Positions 19,429 through 31,605 of a stretch of DNA of 64,000 nucleotides are shown here, piece after piece. Below the pieces are notes generated by a model. It was not told the origin of the DNA, made no database searches, and saw only the letters and a list, made by a program, of their open reading frames with translations. Position 1 is the stretch's first letter. Each line of letters begins with the position of its first letter. The translations under genes were made by a program, and so were the position numbers. This DNA is from Candidatus Nomurabacteria bacterium (GTDB lineage Bacteria; Patescibacteriota; Patescibacteriia; Magasanikbacterales; UBA922): positions 36,387-100,386 of the forward strand of contig JACKFN010000002.1 of NCBI GenBank assembly GCA_020632445.1. Direction: 5' to 3'.

Positions 19429-19704
19429 TTATGCAGCGCTCTTTACGACCTGAATAAGTCTCCAACGCTTTGTTTTACTCATTGGTCGGCATTCCTCAAA
19501 AAGCACCACGTCTCCAAGCTTTGCTTGCCCTTGCTCATCATGAACAGGAAACTTTCGGCTTACAACGTATTGCTTTTTGTACTTAGGATGCATCTTGTGA
19601 GTATCAACCTTCACAGAGATGGTTTTTTGTGCACCATCAGAAACAACCGTACCTTCAAAACGTCTTTTCTGTGGAGCTGGATTGTTTGCTTGAACTTCTG
19701 TCAT
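19429..19704 (-). CDS. rpsQ: ribosomal protein S17
   Basis: 91 aa S17 OB fold. Confidence 0.9.
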   Translation of the reverse strand: MTEVQANNPAPQKRRFEGTVVSDGAQKTISVKVDTHKMHPKYKKQYVVSRKFPVHDEQGQAKLGDVVLFEECRPMSKTKRWRLIQVVKSAA

Positions 19705-19728
19705 ACTGTTTGGTTGACTGCATTTAAC

Positions 19729-19920
19729 TTATTGGCTTTTCTTATTACTCAAAGCGGTGAGAATAACAGCGATGTCTTTTTTAATCTGTCGAATCTGTCT
19801 TACATTCGTAAGTTGATGCTGTGAAGCTTTGAACTGAAGTTCCCGAAGCTTCTCCTTTTGCTCAAGAAGAAGTTCCTTGAGACCTGCGACTGATTTATTT
19901 TTTACCTCACTGTAATCCAT
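19729..19920 (-). CDS. rpmC: ribosomal protein L29
   Basis: 63 aa helical L29. Confidence 0.85.
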   Translation of the reverse strand: MDYSEVKNKSVAGLKELLLEQKEKLRELQFKASQHQLTNVRQIRQIKKDIAVILTALSNKKSQ

Positions 19921-19929
19921 ACGCTCTCC

Positions 19930-20343
19930 TTATGCTTTTTTAATAACTCGAATCTTGGTTGGAAGCTTATATCCTGCAAGCTTGAGCGCTTCCACAGCCT
20001 TTTCCTCTGGAATACCACCGATTTCAAACATAACGGTTCCAGGCTTTATCGTACATACATAATGGTCTGGCGCACCCTTACCCTTTCCCATCGGAACTTC
20101 AGAACCTTTTTTGGTCACTGGTCGGTCCGGGAAAATACGGATCCAAAGCTTTCCACCTCTACGTACGTAACGAGTAAGTACACGACGTGATGCTTCGATT
20201 TGCCGTGAACTTATCCAAGTGTGCTCGAGGGCAACGATTCCATGACTTCCGAAAGCTACTGTATTGGTACGTGTAGCAACTCCCTTATTTCCTCTTCGAG
20301 GCTTGTGCCATTTTCTATGTTTTACTTTCTTTGGTAACAACAT
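19930..20343 (-). CDS. rplP: ribosomal protein L16
   Basis: 137 aa L16 pattern. Confidence 0.9.
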   Translation of the reverse strand: MLLPKKVKHRKWHKPRRGNKGVATRTNTVAFGSHGIVALEHTWISSRQIEASRRVLTRYVRRGGKLWIRIFPDRPVTKKGSEVPMGKGKGAPDHYVCTIKPGTVMFEIGGIPEEKAVEALKLAGYKLPTKIRVIKKA

Positions 20344-20351
20344 ACTGACCT

Positions 20352-21095
20352 TTATTTATCTGATTTTTGAGCTTCAGGCTTGCTGTTTCTTCTTGGTCTA
20401 CCTGACTTTCTCTTATTGTCTGACTTTGGAGCCGATTCCTGCTCTTCAAATTTATCCTTTCTTCCAAATACCATTCCCTTGTAAATCCAAACCTTGATAC
20501 CGATCTTTCCATACATAGTGTGAGCCCACACATAGGCATAGTCAACATCACTACGAAGGGTAATCAAAGGAATTTTTCCCGCTGCAAGTGATTCTGAACG
20601 TGAAATTTCAACTCCATTCAAACGTCCAGCCATTCGAATCTTTACTCCAAGTGCTCCTGCCTTCATCACACGATCAACCGTTTGCTTCATTACACGACGA
20701 AATGGAATACGCTTTTCGATGTCTTGAGCCATACTCTGTGCCACCACGGATGATGAAAGAGCTGGATTACGAACCTCACGAATATTGAGTTTCACTTTCA
20801 ATGACATTTGAAGTAATTTCCTTTCAATGTGCTTACGCAAATCGTCAAGTCCTTGCCCTCCACGACCAATGATATATCCAGGCTTTGCAGCAAGAATAGT
20901 AACGGTCATGTTCTTTGGTCCTCGTTCTACTGAGATAGCATCGATGTGTGCATCACGAAATTTCTTCATGACGTACTCACGAATCTTAATATCCTGCTCA
21001 GCATACTTTGCATAAGCGTTCTTAGAAAACCACTTCGAATCCCATGAGTAGATTACCTGTGTTCTATGAATTTTCGGGTTGACTTTGTGACCCAT
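20352..21095 (-). CDS. rpsC: ribosomal protein S3 with basic C-terminal tail
   Basis: KH domain + S3-C domain, extra ~35-aa K/R/S tail. Confidence 0.9.
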   Translation of the reverse strand: MGHKVNPKIHRTQVIYSWDSKWFSKNAYAKYAEQDIKIREYVMKKFRDAHIDAISVERGPKNMTVTILAAKPGYIIGRGGQGLDDLRKHIERKLLQMSLKVKLNIREVRNPALSSSVVAQSMAQDIEKRIPFRRVMKQTVDRVMKAGALGVKIRMAGRLNGVEISRSESLAAGKIPLITLRSDVDYAYVWAHTMYGKIGIKVWIYKGMVFGRKDKFEEQESAPKSDNKRKSGRPRRNSKPEAQKSDK

Positions 21096-21119
21096 ACGTT
21101 ATCATTTATTTCAGAATTG

Positions 21120-21602
21120 TTATTTTTTTGCTTCAGATTTCTTTGTGGTCTTTTTTGCTTCCTTTTTTACTGGTTTTTTTTCCTCTACCTTTGGCTTCTC
21201 TGATGAAACCTCCTTTGTTTCCTTTTCTTTCTTTGGAGCCTTTGCTTCTTTCTTTTTTTCCTCTGCCTGTCCACTTACCGTAACACTAATGTGGCACATA
21301 CGCTTTCGCAAAGGAGTCGCTCTTCCCATTGCCCTTGGCATCCATCGGTACAATGTTTTTCCTTCGTCTACACGAATTTCAGAAATGACCAAAGTATCTA
21401 GGTTAATGCTGTGATTATGCGCGGCATTGGCTACAGCTGATTCAATAAGCTTCTTCACTGGAAGTGCAGCATGCTTTTTTGAAAACTGAAGCTGAACAAG
21501 AGCGTCTCGCACCTTCATACCACGTACAAGGTCAACAACGAGGCGTACCTTTCTTGGACTCACTCGCAAATGTCTAAGTTTTGCTGTTGCATTTGTATTC
21601 AT
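21120..21602 (-). CDS. rplV: ribosomal protein L22 with Lys/Glu-rich C-terminal extension
   Basis: L22 core then EEKKKEAKAPKKEKETKE... tail. Confidence 0.85.
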   Translation of the reverse strand: MNTNATAKLRHLRVSPRKVRLVVDLVRGMKVRDALVQLQFSKKHAALPVKKLIESAVANAAHNHSINLDTLVISEIRVDEGKTLYRWMPRAMGRATPLRKRMCHISVTVSGQAEEKKKEAKAPKKEKETKEVSSEKPKVEEKKPVKKEAKKTTKKSEAKK

Positions 21603-21611
21603 AAGTGCTAC

Positions 21612-21890
21612 TTACTTTTGTCCTTTAGCCATCTTACCACCATGACCAACGAACTTCTTGGTTGGTGAAAATTCTCCAAGCTTATGTCCTACCTTATTCT
21701 CATCGACAGAAACTTCAATAAACTGCTTCCCATTGTGTACCAAAAACTTCATACCTACCATATCTGGAACAATAGTACATGCACGTGCCCATGTTTTAAT
21801 AGGCTTGTTTGAATTTTCTGCTTTTGCCTTTTGAACCTTTTTCATGAGCTTTGGGTCAAGAAAAGGTCCTTTTTTCAAACTTCTAGACAT
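21612..21890 (-). CDS. rpsS: ribosomal protein S19
   Basis: 92 aa S19. Confidence 0.9.
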   Translation of the reverse strand: MSRSLKKGPFLDPKLMKKVQKAKAENSNKPIKTWARACTIVPDMVGMKFLVHNGKQFIEVSVDENKVGHKLGEFSPTKKFVGHGGKMAKGQK

Positions 21891-21899
21891 AATTTTAGA

Positions 21900-22745
21900 T
21901 TATCTTCGTTTCTTCTTTCGTGATTGGATGATAAGCTTATCGCTTGCCTTTCCTTTCTTTCTAGTCTTTACCCCCAATGCTTTCTTCCCCCATGGAGTCT
22001 TTGGACCACCCTTCATACCAATCGTTGCATGTCCCTCTCCTCCACCGTGTGGGTGATCAACAGGGTTCATGTTTTTACCTTTTACGGTTGGTCTCCATCC
22101 TTTCTTTCTCATTCTTCCTGCTTTTCCGTAACGCACCAAACCATAATCTGAATTCCCCACCTTTCCAATCGTTCCGGCACACTTCTTTGATACCAAACGA
22201 ATTTCTCCAGAAGGAAGCTTGAGTTGTGCATATTTTCCTTCGATAACCATGAGCTGAGCTCCTGCTCCAGCACCACGAACCATCTGTCCACCCTGACCTG
22301 GATACAATTCAACATTGTATACAAACATACCAAGTGGGATATTTTCAAGTGGCATACGGTTTCCACGAGCAGCTTCAATCGTTCCTTGTGAACTCATCAC
22401 CTTGTCTCCTACCTTGAGTCCATCGTAGCCCAAGATATATGCCTTGCTACCATCTTCATACGCAATAAGTGCAACACGTGGACCACGGTTTGGATCGTAT
22501 TCAATCGCAACAACCTCAGCAGTCACATCAAAATTCTGTCTCTTGAAATCCACCAAACGGTACATTCGTTTTACTCCGCCCCCACGATGACGTACCGTAA
22601 TCTTACCAGAATTATTTCGTCCAGCCTTGCTTTTGAGGGGAACGGTCAAAGATTTTTCTGGCTTCGTTTTGGTGATATCAGAAAAGTCCTGAACGCTTGA
22701 TTTACGTCTTCCTGGTGTCGTTGGTTTGTAGACTTTTACTGCCAT
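21900..22745 (-). CDS. rplB: ribosomal protein L2
   Basis: 281 aa, GGG...HPHGGGEG motif. Confidence 0.95.
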   Translation of the reverse strand: MAVKVYKPTTPGRRKSSVQDFSDITKTKPEKSLTVPLKSKAGRNNSGKITVRHRGGGVKRMYRLVDFKRQNFDVTAEVVAIEYDPNRGPRVALIAYEDGSKAYILGYDGLKVGDKVMSSQGTIEAARGNRMPLENIPLGMFVYNVELYPGQGGQMVRGAGAGAQLMVIEGKYAQLKLPSGEIRLVSKKCAGTIGKVGNSDYGLVRYGKAGRMRKKGWRPTVKGKNMNPVDHPHGGGEGHATIGMKGGPKTPWGKKALGVKTRKKGKASDKLIIQSRKKKRR

Positions 22746-22764
22746 ATTGCTTTACAGTTTCTTA

Positions 22765-23163
22765 TTAGAGTCCTGCATGGACATCAAGCTTGTCACCTGT
22801 TTTTACGGTTACAATTGCCTTTTTAAAATCTGATCTTTTTCCTTTTGTTCTACCACGACGAAGTCTCTTTCCTTCTACATGAATTACATTCACTGATACC
22901 GGAAGCACTCCATACTGCTGCTTTACGGCATTTTTGATATCAATCTTTGTTGCCGTAGGATTTACAATAAAGGTATACTTTCCACTTGCCTCAGTCATGG
23001 TTGATTTTTCACTCACGAGTGGTCGAACGATGACTCCAGATAAATCTCCTGCGATCTCTAGTTGAGGTGCTGATTTTTCTTCTGATTTCATTTCAGCTTC
23101 AACAACTGGAGCTTCTGGCTTCTCCTGAGTGTCATCTTTTTTATTTCTTTTCAAAATTCCCAT
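22765..23163 (-). CDS. rplW: ribosomal protein L23 with ~35-aa N-terminal extension
   Basis: L23 core preceded by K/E-rich segment. Confidence 0.85.
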   Translation of the reverse strand: MGILKRNKKDDTQEKPEAPVVEAEMKSEEKSAPQLEIAGDLSGVIVRPLVSEKSTMTEASGKYTFIVNPTATKIDIKNAVKQQYGVLPVSVNVIHVEGKRLRRGRTKGKRSDFKKAIVTVKTGDKLDVHAGL

Positions 23164-23167
23164 ATGC

Positions 23168-23794
23168 TTAGCTCAAACGATTTTCAAGAACTTCAATTCC
23201 TTCCTTTGTCGTAATCACATACTGGTGGTGAAGCAAATCTGCTACATTCACGTCCTGTGCACGTTGCAAGTGAACCTTTGGAATATTCCTGCTTGCAAGA
23301 AAAAGGTTTTCATTGTTTTCATTAGTCAAAATAATGGTTGACTTTCCATTTCGTGGGAGCTTTTCCATCAATGCTGCAAACTCCTTAGTCTTTCCACTGT
23401 CTCCAAAATTTTCAAGAACAATAAATTTTTGATCCTGCACCTTATCTGAAAGACAGATGGCAACAGCCTTGCGGTTCATTTTCTTGTTAATCTTTTGCTT
23501 GTAATTTCGGATCGAAAGCGGACCAAAAGTAACTCCTCCACCTTTCCAGATTGGAGAACGAATAGAACCATGACGTGCTCTTCCTGTTCCCTTTTGCTTC
23601 CATGGCTTTTTACCACCACCACGAACTTCACTCTTGTCCTTGGTATCAGCCCATGGCTGACGTGCATTTGCCTGAAGCGCAAGGTATACCTGGTGTACGA
23701 GTGTTTGGTTTGGCTCTACTGCAAAGACACTGTCTTTGATCTCAATGTCATTGCTCTTGTCACCTTTTGCATTGTAAACCGTTACTTTTGCCAT
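23168..23794 (-). CDS. rplD: ribosomal protein L4
   Basis: 208 aa L4. Confidence 0.9.
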   Translation of the reverse strand: MAKVTVYNAKGDKSNDIEIKDSVFAVEPNQTLVHQVYLALQANARQPWADTKDKSEVRGGGKKPWKQKGTGRARHGSIRSPIWKGGGVTFGPLSIRNYKQKINKKMNRKAVAICLSDKVQDQKFIVLENFGDSGKTKEFAALMEKLPRNGKSTIILTNENNENLFLASRNIPKVHLQRAQDVNVADLLHHQYVITTKEGIEVLENRLS

Positions 23795-23799
23795 AGGAT

Positions 23800-24678
23800 T
23801 TATTTCTTTTCTTCTTCAGCCGGAGCCTCTTGAACTTCCTCGGCTTTTGGCTCTTCAGTTTTTTCTTCTGTTGCAGCTTCCGGTTCCTTTTCCTTTGATT
23901 CTTCTGCATTGTCCTGCGCTGCTGGAATTTCTTGCTTTCCTTCTTCCGCTTTTTCTTCCTGAACAACTGAAGCCTCTTGTTCTACAGGTGTTTCTACATT
24001 TTCTTCCTTTGCCTCTACTGCCTCTACTGGTGCTTCTACGCTTGCAACCTCTGCCTCAATCTTTCCCTCTGGGGTAGAAATAAGCAAAAGACCACCACGC
24101 GCTCCTGGAACGGCACCCTTAATGTAAATCTCATTATTTTCTGTATCAATGTTTACGACCTCAAGATTCTTTACCGTAACACGGTCATCTCCCATATGTC
24201 CTCCCATGCGTGTACCTTTAAATACACGAGCAGGACCAGTAGAACCGATACTTCCAGGCATTCTGTGTTGATCCTTATGTCCATGAGTCTTCAAACTTCC
24301 AGAAAATCTATGACGCTTTACGACACCTTGGAACCCTTTTCCTTTTGACTTCCCGACAACCTGAACTTTTTCCCCTGCTTCAAAAATCTTTACAGTGTAC
24401 ACATCACCACGCTTGAGACCATGATCATCCTCTGCTCGAAAGTCACGCAAAAAACGAACTGCATTCAAATCCTTGAGGTGACCACGCTGTGGTTTGTTCA
24501 AACGAAACATTTTTTGATCTGAGAAACCAACTTGAACTGCGCTTACGCCGTCTTTGTCTTTGGTCTTTACTTGAGTCACAACACATGGACCTGCTTTTAC
24601 ACGAGTAGCAGGAACAACCGTTCCGTCGTCCTTGAAGATCTGTGTCATTCCAAGTTTTTGTCCGATAATGAATTTCAT
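23800..24678 (-). CDS. rplC: ribosomal protein L3 with ~90-aa Glu/Ala/Lys-rich C-terminal extension
   Basis: L3 core ~200 aa followed by [20 protein letters not shown]...EEEKK low-complexity tail. Confidence 0.9.
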   Translation of the reverse strand: MKFIIGQKLGMTQIFKDDGTVVPATRVKAGPCVVTQVKTKDKDGVSAVQVGFSDQKMFRLNKPQRGHLKDLNAVRFLRDFRAEDDHGLKRGDVYTVKIFEAGEKVQVVGKSKGKGFQGVVKRHRFSGSLKTHGHKDQHRMPGSIGSTGPARVFKGTRMGGHMGDDRVTVKNLEVVNIDTENNEIYIKGAVPGARGGLLLISTPEGKIEAEVASVEAPVEAVEAKEENVETPVEQEASVVQEEKAEEGKQEIPAAQDNAEESKEKEPEAATEEKTEEPKAEEVQEAPAEEEKK

Positions 24679-24892
24679 ACTTTTACCATCGATTTTGGTA
24701 ACAAAAAACTAGAAGCAAACCGGGAGATAGTATAAGCTCACTTCTAGCCTCTTTAACTTCACAAACTTTAGGGGTGGCTACGTTTTTTTGAAAGCTGATT
24801 TTCCTCCCTTATCTGGGCTTGCGTCAAATGTTTTTCCTAGCGGAATCTTATTTGATCTGGTGCTAAGATAAGGTAAATTTTAAGGTGTCTCT

Positions 24893-24921
24893 ATTTTACA
24901 TGAGTGACTTCATGTTGTCAA
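24893..24921 (-). promoter_or_regulatory. internal promoter in rpsJ-rplC spacer: TTGACA-17nt-TAAAAT
   Basis: minus strand ttgaca acatgaagtcactcatg taaaat; ~208-nt leader to rplC. Confidence 0.55.
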
Positions 24922-25057
24922 GTACAAAATACTTATGCTTATCCACAGGATATGAACACGTTTTGTACTCATCTGACATTGAACACATCATGAATGCTCA
25001 TGGAAGCACTTTTTAAAAGCACTTGCATGAGCATTCAAGGCCAATTTGGCGCTGAAT

Positions 25058-25402
25058 TTAGCTCATTTTGATCTCTACGTCTACTCCAGATGGCAAATTG
25101 AGGTTCATAAGAGCATCAATAGCTTTTGGTGTAGGGCTCAAGATATCAATAAGACGTTTGTGTGTACGCATTTCAAACTGCTCTGCTGATGTCTTGTGAA
25201 CAAAAGTAGAACGATTTACACTAAACTTCTGCTTATGTGTAGGAAGTGGAATTGGTCCTACCACCTTAGCGTTGTTGCGTTGCGCAGTGTCAATAATAGT
25301 CTTGGTAGCTTTATCAATCACTTTGTGGTCAAAAGCACGAATCTTAATGCGTACTTTTTGTCCCATTTCCGCTCCGTCATTTGTCTGCTTTGTCGCTGTC
25401 AT
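25058..25402 (-). CDS. rpsJ: ribosomal protein S10
   Basis: [40 protein letters not shown]; true start may be internal Met at 25366. Confidence 0.9.
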   Translation of the reverse strand: MTATKQTNDGAEMGQKVRIKIRAFDHKVIDKATKTIIDTAQRNNAKVVGPIPLPTHKQKFSVNRSTFVHKTSAEQFEMRTHKRLIDILSPTPKAIDALMNLNLPSGVDVEIKMS

Positions 25403-25423
25403 AAAAAGAACAATTAATCATGA

Positions 25424-25454
25424 AAAGGCAGGGGCAATATGCCCCTGCCTTTTG
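25424..25454 (-). terminator. rho-independent terminator after tuf
   Basis: aaaaggcagggg-caatat-gcccctgcctttt. Confidence 0.65.
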
Positions 25455-25459
25455 GCATG

Positions 25460-26650
25460 TTATGCAATAATCTTTGTTACTACACCAGCTCCGACAGTGC
25501 GTCCACCCTCACGGATAGCAAAACGCATCTTGTCTTCCATAGCTACTGGCACAATAAGCTTAATCTTTGCGTTGATAGTATCTCCTGGCATTACCATGTC
25601 AGTTCCCTCTGGAAGAGTTACTTCACCGGTTACGTCAGTTGTACGGATGTAAAACTGTGGCTTGTATCCAGTAAAGAATGGCTTATGACGTCCACCTTCT
25701 TCCTTGGTAAGTGCGTATACTTCTGCTTCAAATTCAGTGTGTGGAGTAATCGTTCCTGGCTTTGCCAAAACTTGACCACGCTCTACTTCGTCTTTCTTTG
25801 TACCACGAAGCAAAATACCAGCGTTGTCACCAGCTTGTCCTTGGTCAAGAGACTTGTTAAACATTTCTACTCCAGTAACGGTAGTCTTTGAAGTATCAGC
25901 TCCCATTCCTACGATTTCGATTTCTTCTCCTACCTTTACCACACCACGATCAATACGACCGGTAACTACGGTACCACGTCCTTCGATTGAGAATACGTCT
26001 TCGATAGGCATGAGGAAGTCCTTATCGAGGTCTCTTTCTGGCTCTGGAATGTATTCATCCAAAGTCTTCAAGAGATCAAGAATTGGCTTTGCGGCCTCAG
26101 CATCTGAAGGATTTTCGAGTGCCTTAAGAGATGAACCACGGATAATTGGAGTGGTGTCTCCAGGGAATTCATACTTATTCAAAAGATCTTTGATTTCTTC
26201 TTCTACGAGCTCTACGAGTTCTGGATCAGAAACCATGTCTACCTTGTTGAGGTATACGACGATGTAAGGTACACCTACCTGACGTGCAAGCAAGATGTGC
26301 TCACGGGTCTGAGGCATTGGACCATCTGCAGCTGAAACTACGAGAATAGCACCGTCCATTTGAGCAGCACCAGTAATCATGTTCTTTACGTAGTCTGCGT
26401 GACCTGGACAGTCAACGTGAGCATAGTGACGGTTTTCCGTCTCATACTCTACGTGAGCAGTTGCGATAGTAATACCACGTTCTCTTTCTTCTGGAGCTGA
26501 GTCGATATCATCGAACTTCTTGTCCTGTGAAGTGAGTCCGTGTGCTGAAGCTACAGCAAGGATTGCTGCTGTAGTGGTTGTCTTACCATGGTCTACGTGA
26601 CCAATAGTACCGACATTAACGTGTGGCTTGGTACGTTGAAAGTCTGCCAT
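25460..26650 (-). CDS. tuf: elongation factor Tu
   Basis: [25 protein letters not shown]...; start at MADF. Confidence 0.97.
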   Translation of the reverse strand: MADFQRTKPHVNVGTIGHVDHGKTTTTAAILAVASAHGLTSQDKKFDDIDSAPEERERGITIATAHVEYETENRHYAHVDCPGHADYVKNMITGAAQMDGAILVVSAADGPMPQTREHILLARQVGVPYIVVYLNKVDMVSDPELVELVEEEIKDLLNKYEFPGDTTPIIRGSSLKALENPSDAEAAKPILDLLKTLDEYIPEPERDLDKDFLMPIEDVFSIEGRGTVVTGRIDRGVVKVGEEIEIVGMGADTSKTTVTGVEMFNKSLDQGQAGDNAGILLRGTKKDEVERGQVLAKPGTITPHTEFEAEVYALTKEEGGRHKPFFTGYKPQFYIRTTDVTGEVTLPEGTDMVMPGDTINAKIKLIVPVAMEDKMRFAIREGGRTVGAGVVTKIIA

Positions 26651-26761
26651 ACGAATGTTACTTGCCCGCACTACCTTGAGTGGTCAAGATAGATTTGTAA
26701 TCCAGCGGGGATTTTTATGTAAATTTAAATAAAAAACGCCTTTTAAATTGAAGACGCTGAC

Positions 26762-26790
26762 ATTATACTAAAGACACAGACATCTGTCAA
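26762..26790 (-). promoter_or_regulatory. perfect consensus promoter TTGACA-17nt-TATAAT upstream of tuf
   Basis: minus strand ttgaca gatgtctgtgtctttag tataat; ~105-nt leader. Confidence 0.8.
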
Positions 26791-26903
26791 GGATATTGCG
26801 AAGCTATTTGGGGATATTTTGTGTTCAAATTCACTTTGAATCTACGTTTATGAGCAATTTACAAAAAAAGTACATTGTTCATTTGGAATAGGTGGGTAGG
26901 ACT

Positions 26904-27830
26904 CTAGTCGTGATTGACCTGGCAGCCGCCGGTTTTGCACAGGTGAATCCCTGCGTTCACCAGATCTCGCCAAATCTCATTGAGCCAATCCTGGAGCAAT
27001 ACCTCTGGAACATTGGCGTACTGATTCCCAGGGAAACGCTCGTAAAAGGCCTCAGTCAGGTCAAACGTGTGGGTGTGGTAGGTGGCTCTCACGAGCTCAG
27101 AGGTGAACCTCCCCCACTCCTCGTGGGTGTACACGGTCCAGGTGAGGATGATCTTTGGCTTTATCTGGATGCTCGCCATGGCTGCCAAAGCCTTCTTGAA
27201 GGCACCGGCCTTGGGCGTGACCGTGTAGCGAAGCCATTCGCCCAGCCCTCGAATCTTGCCCTCCATCCTCTCGATGGCAGCATTGATCTTCTCTGGTGTC
27301 GGCCTGGTGTAGTCCGGACAGATGAACACCGCCAGTGGTGGCTTGACCTGTGAAAGCCCCTGATCAAGGCTCGCGCGAGCGCTGTCTCCATTGCCACGAT
27401 CCACGAAAATGGCAATATTGAGCGCGTCCATGACCTTGCCGAATAATGTGTCAGCAAGCTCTACCTTCATGATGACCTTAAGCCACATGCAGACGTCAGT
27501 AACCGTCTTGTTGGTCTGTGCAATGGCCGTGTACGTCGGGTGGACCACTAGGGCGATAGCGGCTTCGTCATCCGCAATGCTCACATGGTCACCAAACGAG
27601 ACCGACTTCTGGAGCAGTAGGACCTTGTTGCAGATCAACTCCACAGTGCGGCCCCACCAGTACGGGACCTTGCAGGTCCAGTCAGCGCGGCGCCCCAGTC
27701 GGTTCACCCAGACAGCGACGACCATGACGGTGAATGCCGCTGCCACCAGTGTCCCTACGACGCCAACGAGCACGGCAAGCATGACCGCAAACATCTTCCA
27801 TGGCCACAAGGCCACACGAATCAGCTTCAT
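26904..27830 (-). CDS. high-GC hypothetical membrane-anchored protein (foreign)
   Basis: ~58% GC with GC3 bias inside a 38% GC genome; N-terminal TM helix; start placed at MKLIRVALWPW. Confidence 0.5.
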   Translation of the reverse strand: MKLIRVALWPWKMFAVMLAVLVGVVGTLVAAAFTVMVVAVWVNRLGRRADWTCKVPYWWGRTVELICNKVLLLQKSVSFGDHVSIADDEAAIALVVHPTYTAIAQTNKTVTDVCMWLKVIMKVELADTLFGKVMDALNIAIFVDRGNGDSARASLDQGLSQVKPPLAVFICPDYTRPTPEKINAAIERMEGKIRGLGEWLRYTVTPKAGAFKKALAAMASIQIKPKIILTWTVYTHEEWGRFTSELVRATYHTHTFDLTEAFYERFPGNQYANVPEVLLQDWLNEIWRDLVNAGIHLCKTGGCQVNHD

Positions 27831-28021
27831 TTGAGCCCCCAAGGTGAAGAAGGTGAAGTTCGAGGTTAACATATATGAAAAAAGTTGCGTTGTCAATCTT
27901 ACTGCTTGATGTCACTATCAAAAAAAAGATCCCACTTTTGTGAGATCTTGTACTGTATATGAGGTTTTGCTTATCTTTATTAAATCCTAAATCTGTAGGA
28001 AAAAATTTTTTACTCATGACC

Positions 28022-28843
28022 CTACACGGGTTCTTCGTAAAACACCGGATCATTTTCTTCTTCAACGGCATCCATATTCTCTTCCCAATGTATCTCATCA
28101 TCCACTTCTCTATATGGAATACCTTGAGCCTTTTCCTGAAAAGTTGGGTCATAATGAAACCCCTGTGCATCAAGATCATCTGTTTCATCTTCACCAAAGA
28201 AATCCTCTTCGTCATCAGAAGAAACCTTTTTAAATCGCTCAGCCAAAACATCTCCAGCGCTTGACCAGCTGTCTTCGTCTGATCGTTTTGGTGTCCCCTT
28301 TCCCTTCCCCTTTGATACACTTGGTATGCTGATAGGGATGGCAAAGCTTTGTGGCTGCTTTTGTTCCTCTTCAAAAGCACTAATTTGCGCCTGCAAATCA
28401 TCAATATCTTCTTGCGAAGTAAAATCTTCTTCATCTTCCATTTCTCCCTCAAGACTTTCTTCGAGTGATTCGAGTTCTGGATCAGATATTTCTCCGACAC
28501 CTTCATCATCAAACTCATTTTCTTGGTCGTCGAGAAGCAACTCATCGGTAAAATCACCGTCATCATCGCTGTCATCCTCATCGAACAAGAGATCCTCGGT
28601 GTCATCATCTTCATCATCAAAACTCATGAATTCGAGTTCATCGTCCTCCTCTTGTGAATCTGTGTCTTCATATTCTTCTCCATCGTCTTGACCATCAAGC
28701 AATGCTTCGTAGTCTTCCAACCCAAGCAAAACGACGTCTTCACCTTTGGGATCATGAATGATTACCGGACTGCCAGTTTTTTGAGCAATTTTCAGGTATC
28801 GGTCGAGCTGTTTCATAGAGAAATAATTAATCGGAGCAGTCAT
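28022..28843 (-). CDS. polyacidic protein with N-terminal Phd/YefM-like domain
   Basis: MKQLDRYLKIAQKTGSPVIIHDPKGEDVVLLGLEDYEALL resembles Phd/YefM antitoxin fold; followed by ~220 aa of >50% Asp/Glu. Confidence 0.5.
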   Translation of the reverse strand: MTAPINYFSMKQLDRYLKIAQKTGSPVIIHDPKGEDVVLLGLEDYEALLDGQDDGEEYEDTDSQEEDDELEFMSFDDEDDDTEDLLFDEDDSDDDGDFTDELLLDDQENEFDDEGVGEISDPELESLEESLEGEMEDEEDFTSQEDIDDLQAQISAFEEEQKQPQSFAIPISIPSVSKGKGKGTPKRSDEDSWSSAGDVLAERFKKVSSDDEEDFFGEDETDDLDAQGFHYDPTFQEKAQGIPYREVDDEIHWEENMDAVEEENDPVFYEEPV

Positions 28844-29054
28844 GTGTGGATGGATTATATCAACTGCAGAAATGACGTCAAGGGATGTTTTTGAAAACAA
28901 AAACAGACCCTTAGGGTCTGGAAACTTTCCCATAACTGCTTGTAGGATTAGCCCTACAAATGTGACAACTTTGTCTATCCTTCCCGACCGCTTATCATAA
29001 AGACAAGTTTGATCGAGTCGACATGGATTTCTAGGTTTCCCTAGAATGTACTCC

Positions 29055-30530
<1,476 letters not shown>

Positions 30531-30988
30531 CTCAATAAAAGTTTGGTATAAGCTACGACATCACGTCGTAGTTTAAGATTCAATATAATGTCAGGAATAA
30601 ACAAAGATTTGTCACATTTGTCTGGCAAATGCTTACCTTTGTTATGGTTGTAAGTTTATTGTAAGGTACATCCTTCTGCTGTCTTTCGTAGTATGGTCTG
30701 AGAAAGAAAAAAGAGAAACCTATTTTCTGCCACTATCGCGACCTAAGTTACTCTTTTTTCTTCCTAGTATCTGATTACTCGACTTGGGAAAAGTGATCTG
30801 TAATGTGATTGCTGTCTCTACAGTGGCCCTATTATATACAAAGGTGGCAGGTAGTGTCAAGCGTATTATGTGGATATATGGGGATAACTTTTTAAAAAAT
30901 GAATACAATAACTGTTCAAGGTAAGTTACTTGCTTTTTTTTCTCAAAAGATCTATGGTTGTCATACACGAAAAACGCAGGAGGTCATC

Positions 30989-31345
30989 ATGGCCGACTTT
31001 CCTCAAGCTGGTGTGCATGGGTTCTGGGGACTTGAACTGGAGCGCGATAACGATGGACACCAGATAGTCTCGGGAGCTGGAGTTACCTTCATCTGGATCC
31101 CGGATAGGCCCTGGATCATCGTCGCCAAGCATCTGGTCGCAAATTGCTACCTCGGAATCGTTGGAATCAGCGGAATCATTGGCCTCGAGCGGATTCTGGC
31201 TACAAACGAAGACACGATAAAATGGATCGAGTCACTCCTTCGAAATCACAGTGATCTCGAACCACAAGACGTGACGAGGCATGCCAATACCCTGTTGAGT
31301 CAGCTGCAAGAGATCATCAAGGCGTACCCACCTAATCGCACGTAG
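30989..31345 (+). CDS. GC-elevated hypothetical protein
   Basis: ~55% GC ORF starting MADFPQAGVHGFWGLELERDNDGH...; hairpin terminator 31374..31400 downstream. Confidence 0.35.
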   Translation: MADFPQAGVHGFWGLELERDNDGHQIVSGAGVTFIWIPDRPWIIVAKHLVANCYLGIVGISGIIGLERILATNEDTIKWIESLLRNHSDLEPQDVTRHANTLLSQLQEIIKAYPPNRT

Positions 31346-31408
31346 GTATAAAGCTACCCCACCTCACCTCCACAAGAAAACACCAACCTTTGGTGTTTTC
31401 TTGTGTCC

Positions 31409-31603
31409 CTAGAGCTCTTTTTTTGACCACAATCGTTCATGAATGTAATAAAAAAGCATTTTCAAAAAAACTTCAAGTATTCCAACTTTCAGTGAAAGAT
31501 CAAGTTTCCCGGTAAATATCCATACCAAAACCATCGTGGTACAAGTAGCCACTACACGCCAACTTATGGTTTTGACAAGACTTTTTTTATACGAGTCTGA
31601 CAT
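31409..31603 (-). CDS. DUF2061-family small membrane protein
   Basis: KSLVKTISWRVVATCTTMVLVWIFTG...MLFYYIHERLW matches DUF2061 pattern. Confidence 0.6.
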   Translation of the reverse strand: MSDSYKKSLVKTISWRVVATCTTMVLVWIFTGKLDLSLKVGILEVFLKMLFYYIHERLWSKKEL

Positions 31604-31605
31604 AA

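Noticed and set aside
23760-23966. 68-aa poly-Lys/Arg ORF
   Set aside because: Alternate frame of the Glu/Lys-rich C-terminal extension of rplC.
27682-28620. 312-aa Met/Lys-rich minus-strand ORF
   Set aside because: Alternate frame of the GAT/GAA-rich polyacidic gene 28022..28843, with extreme low complexity and no start context.
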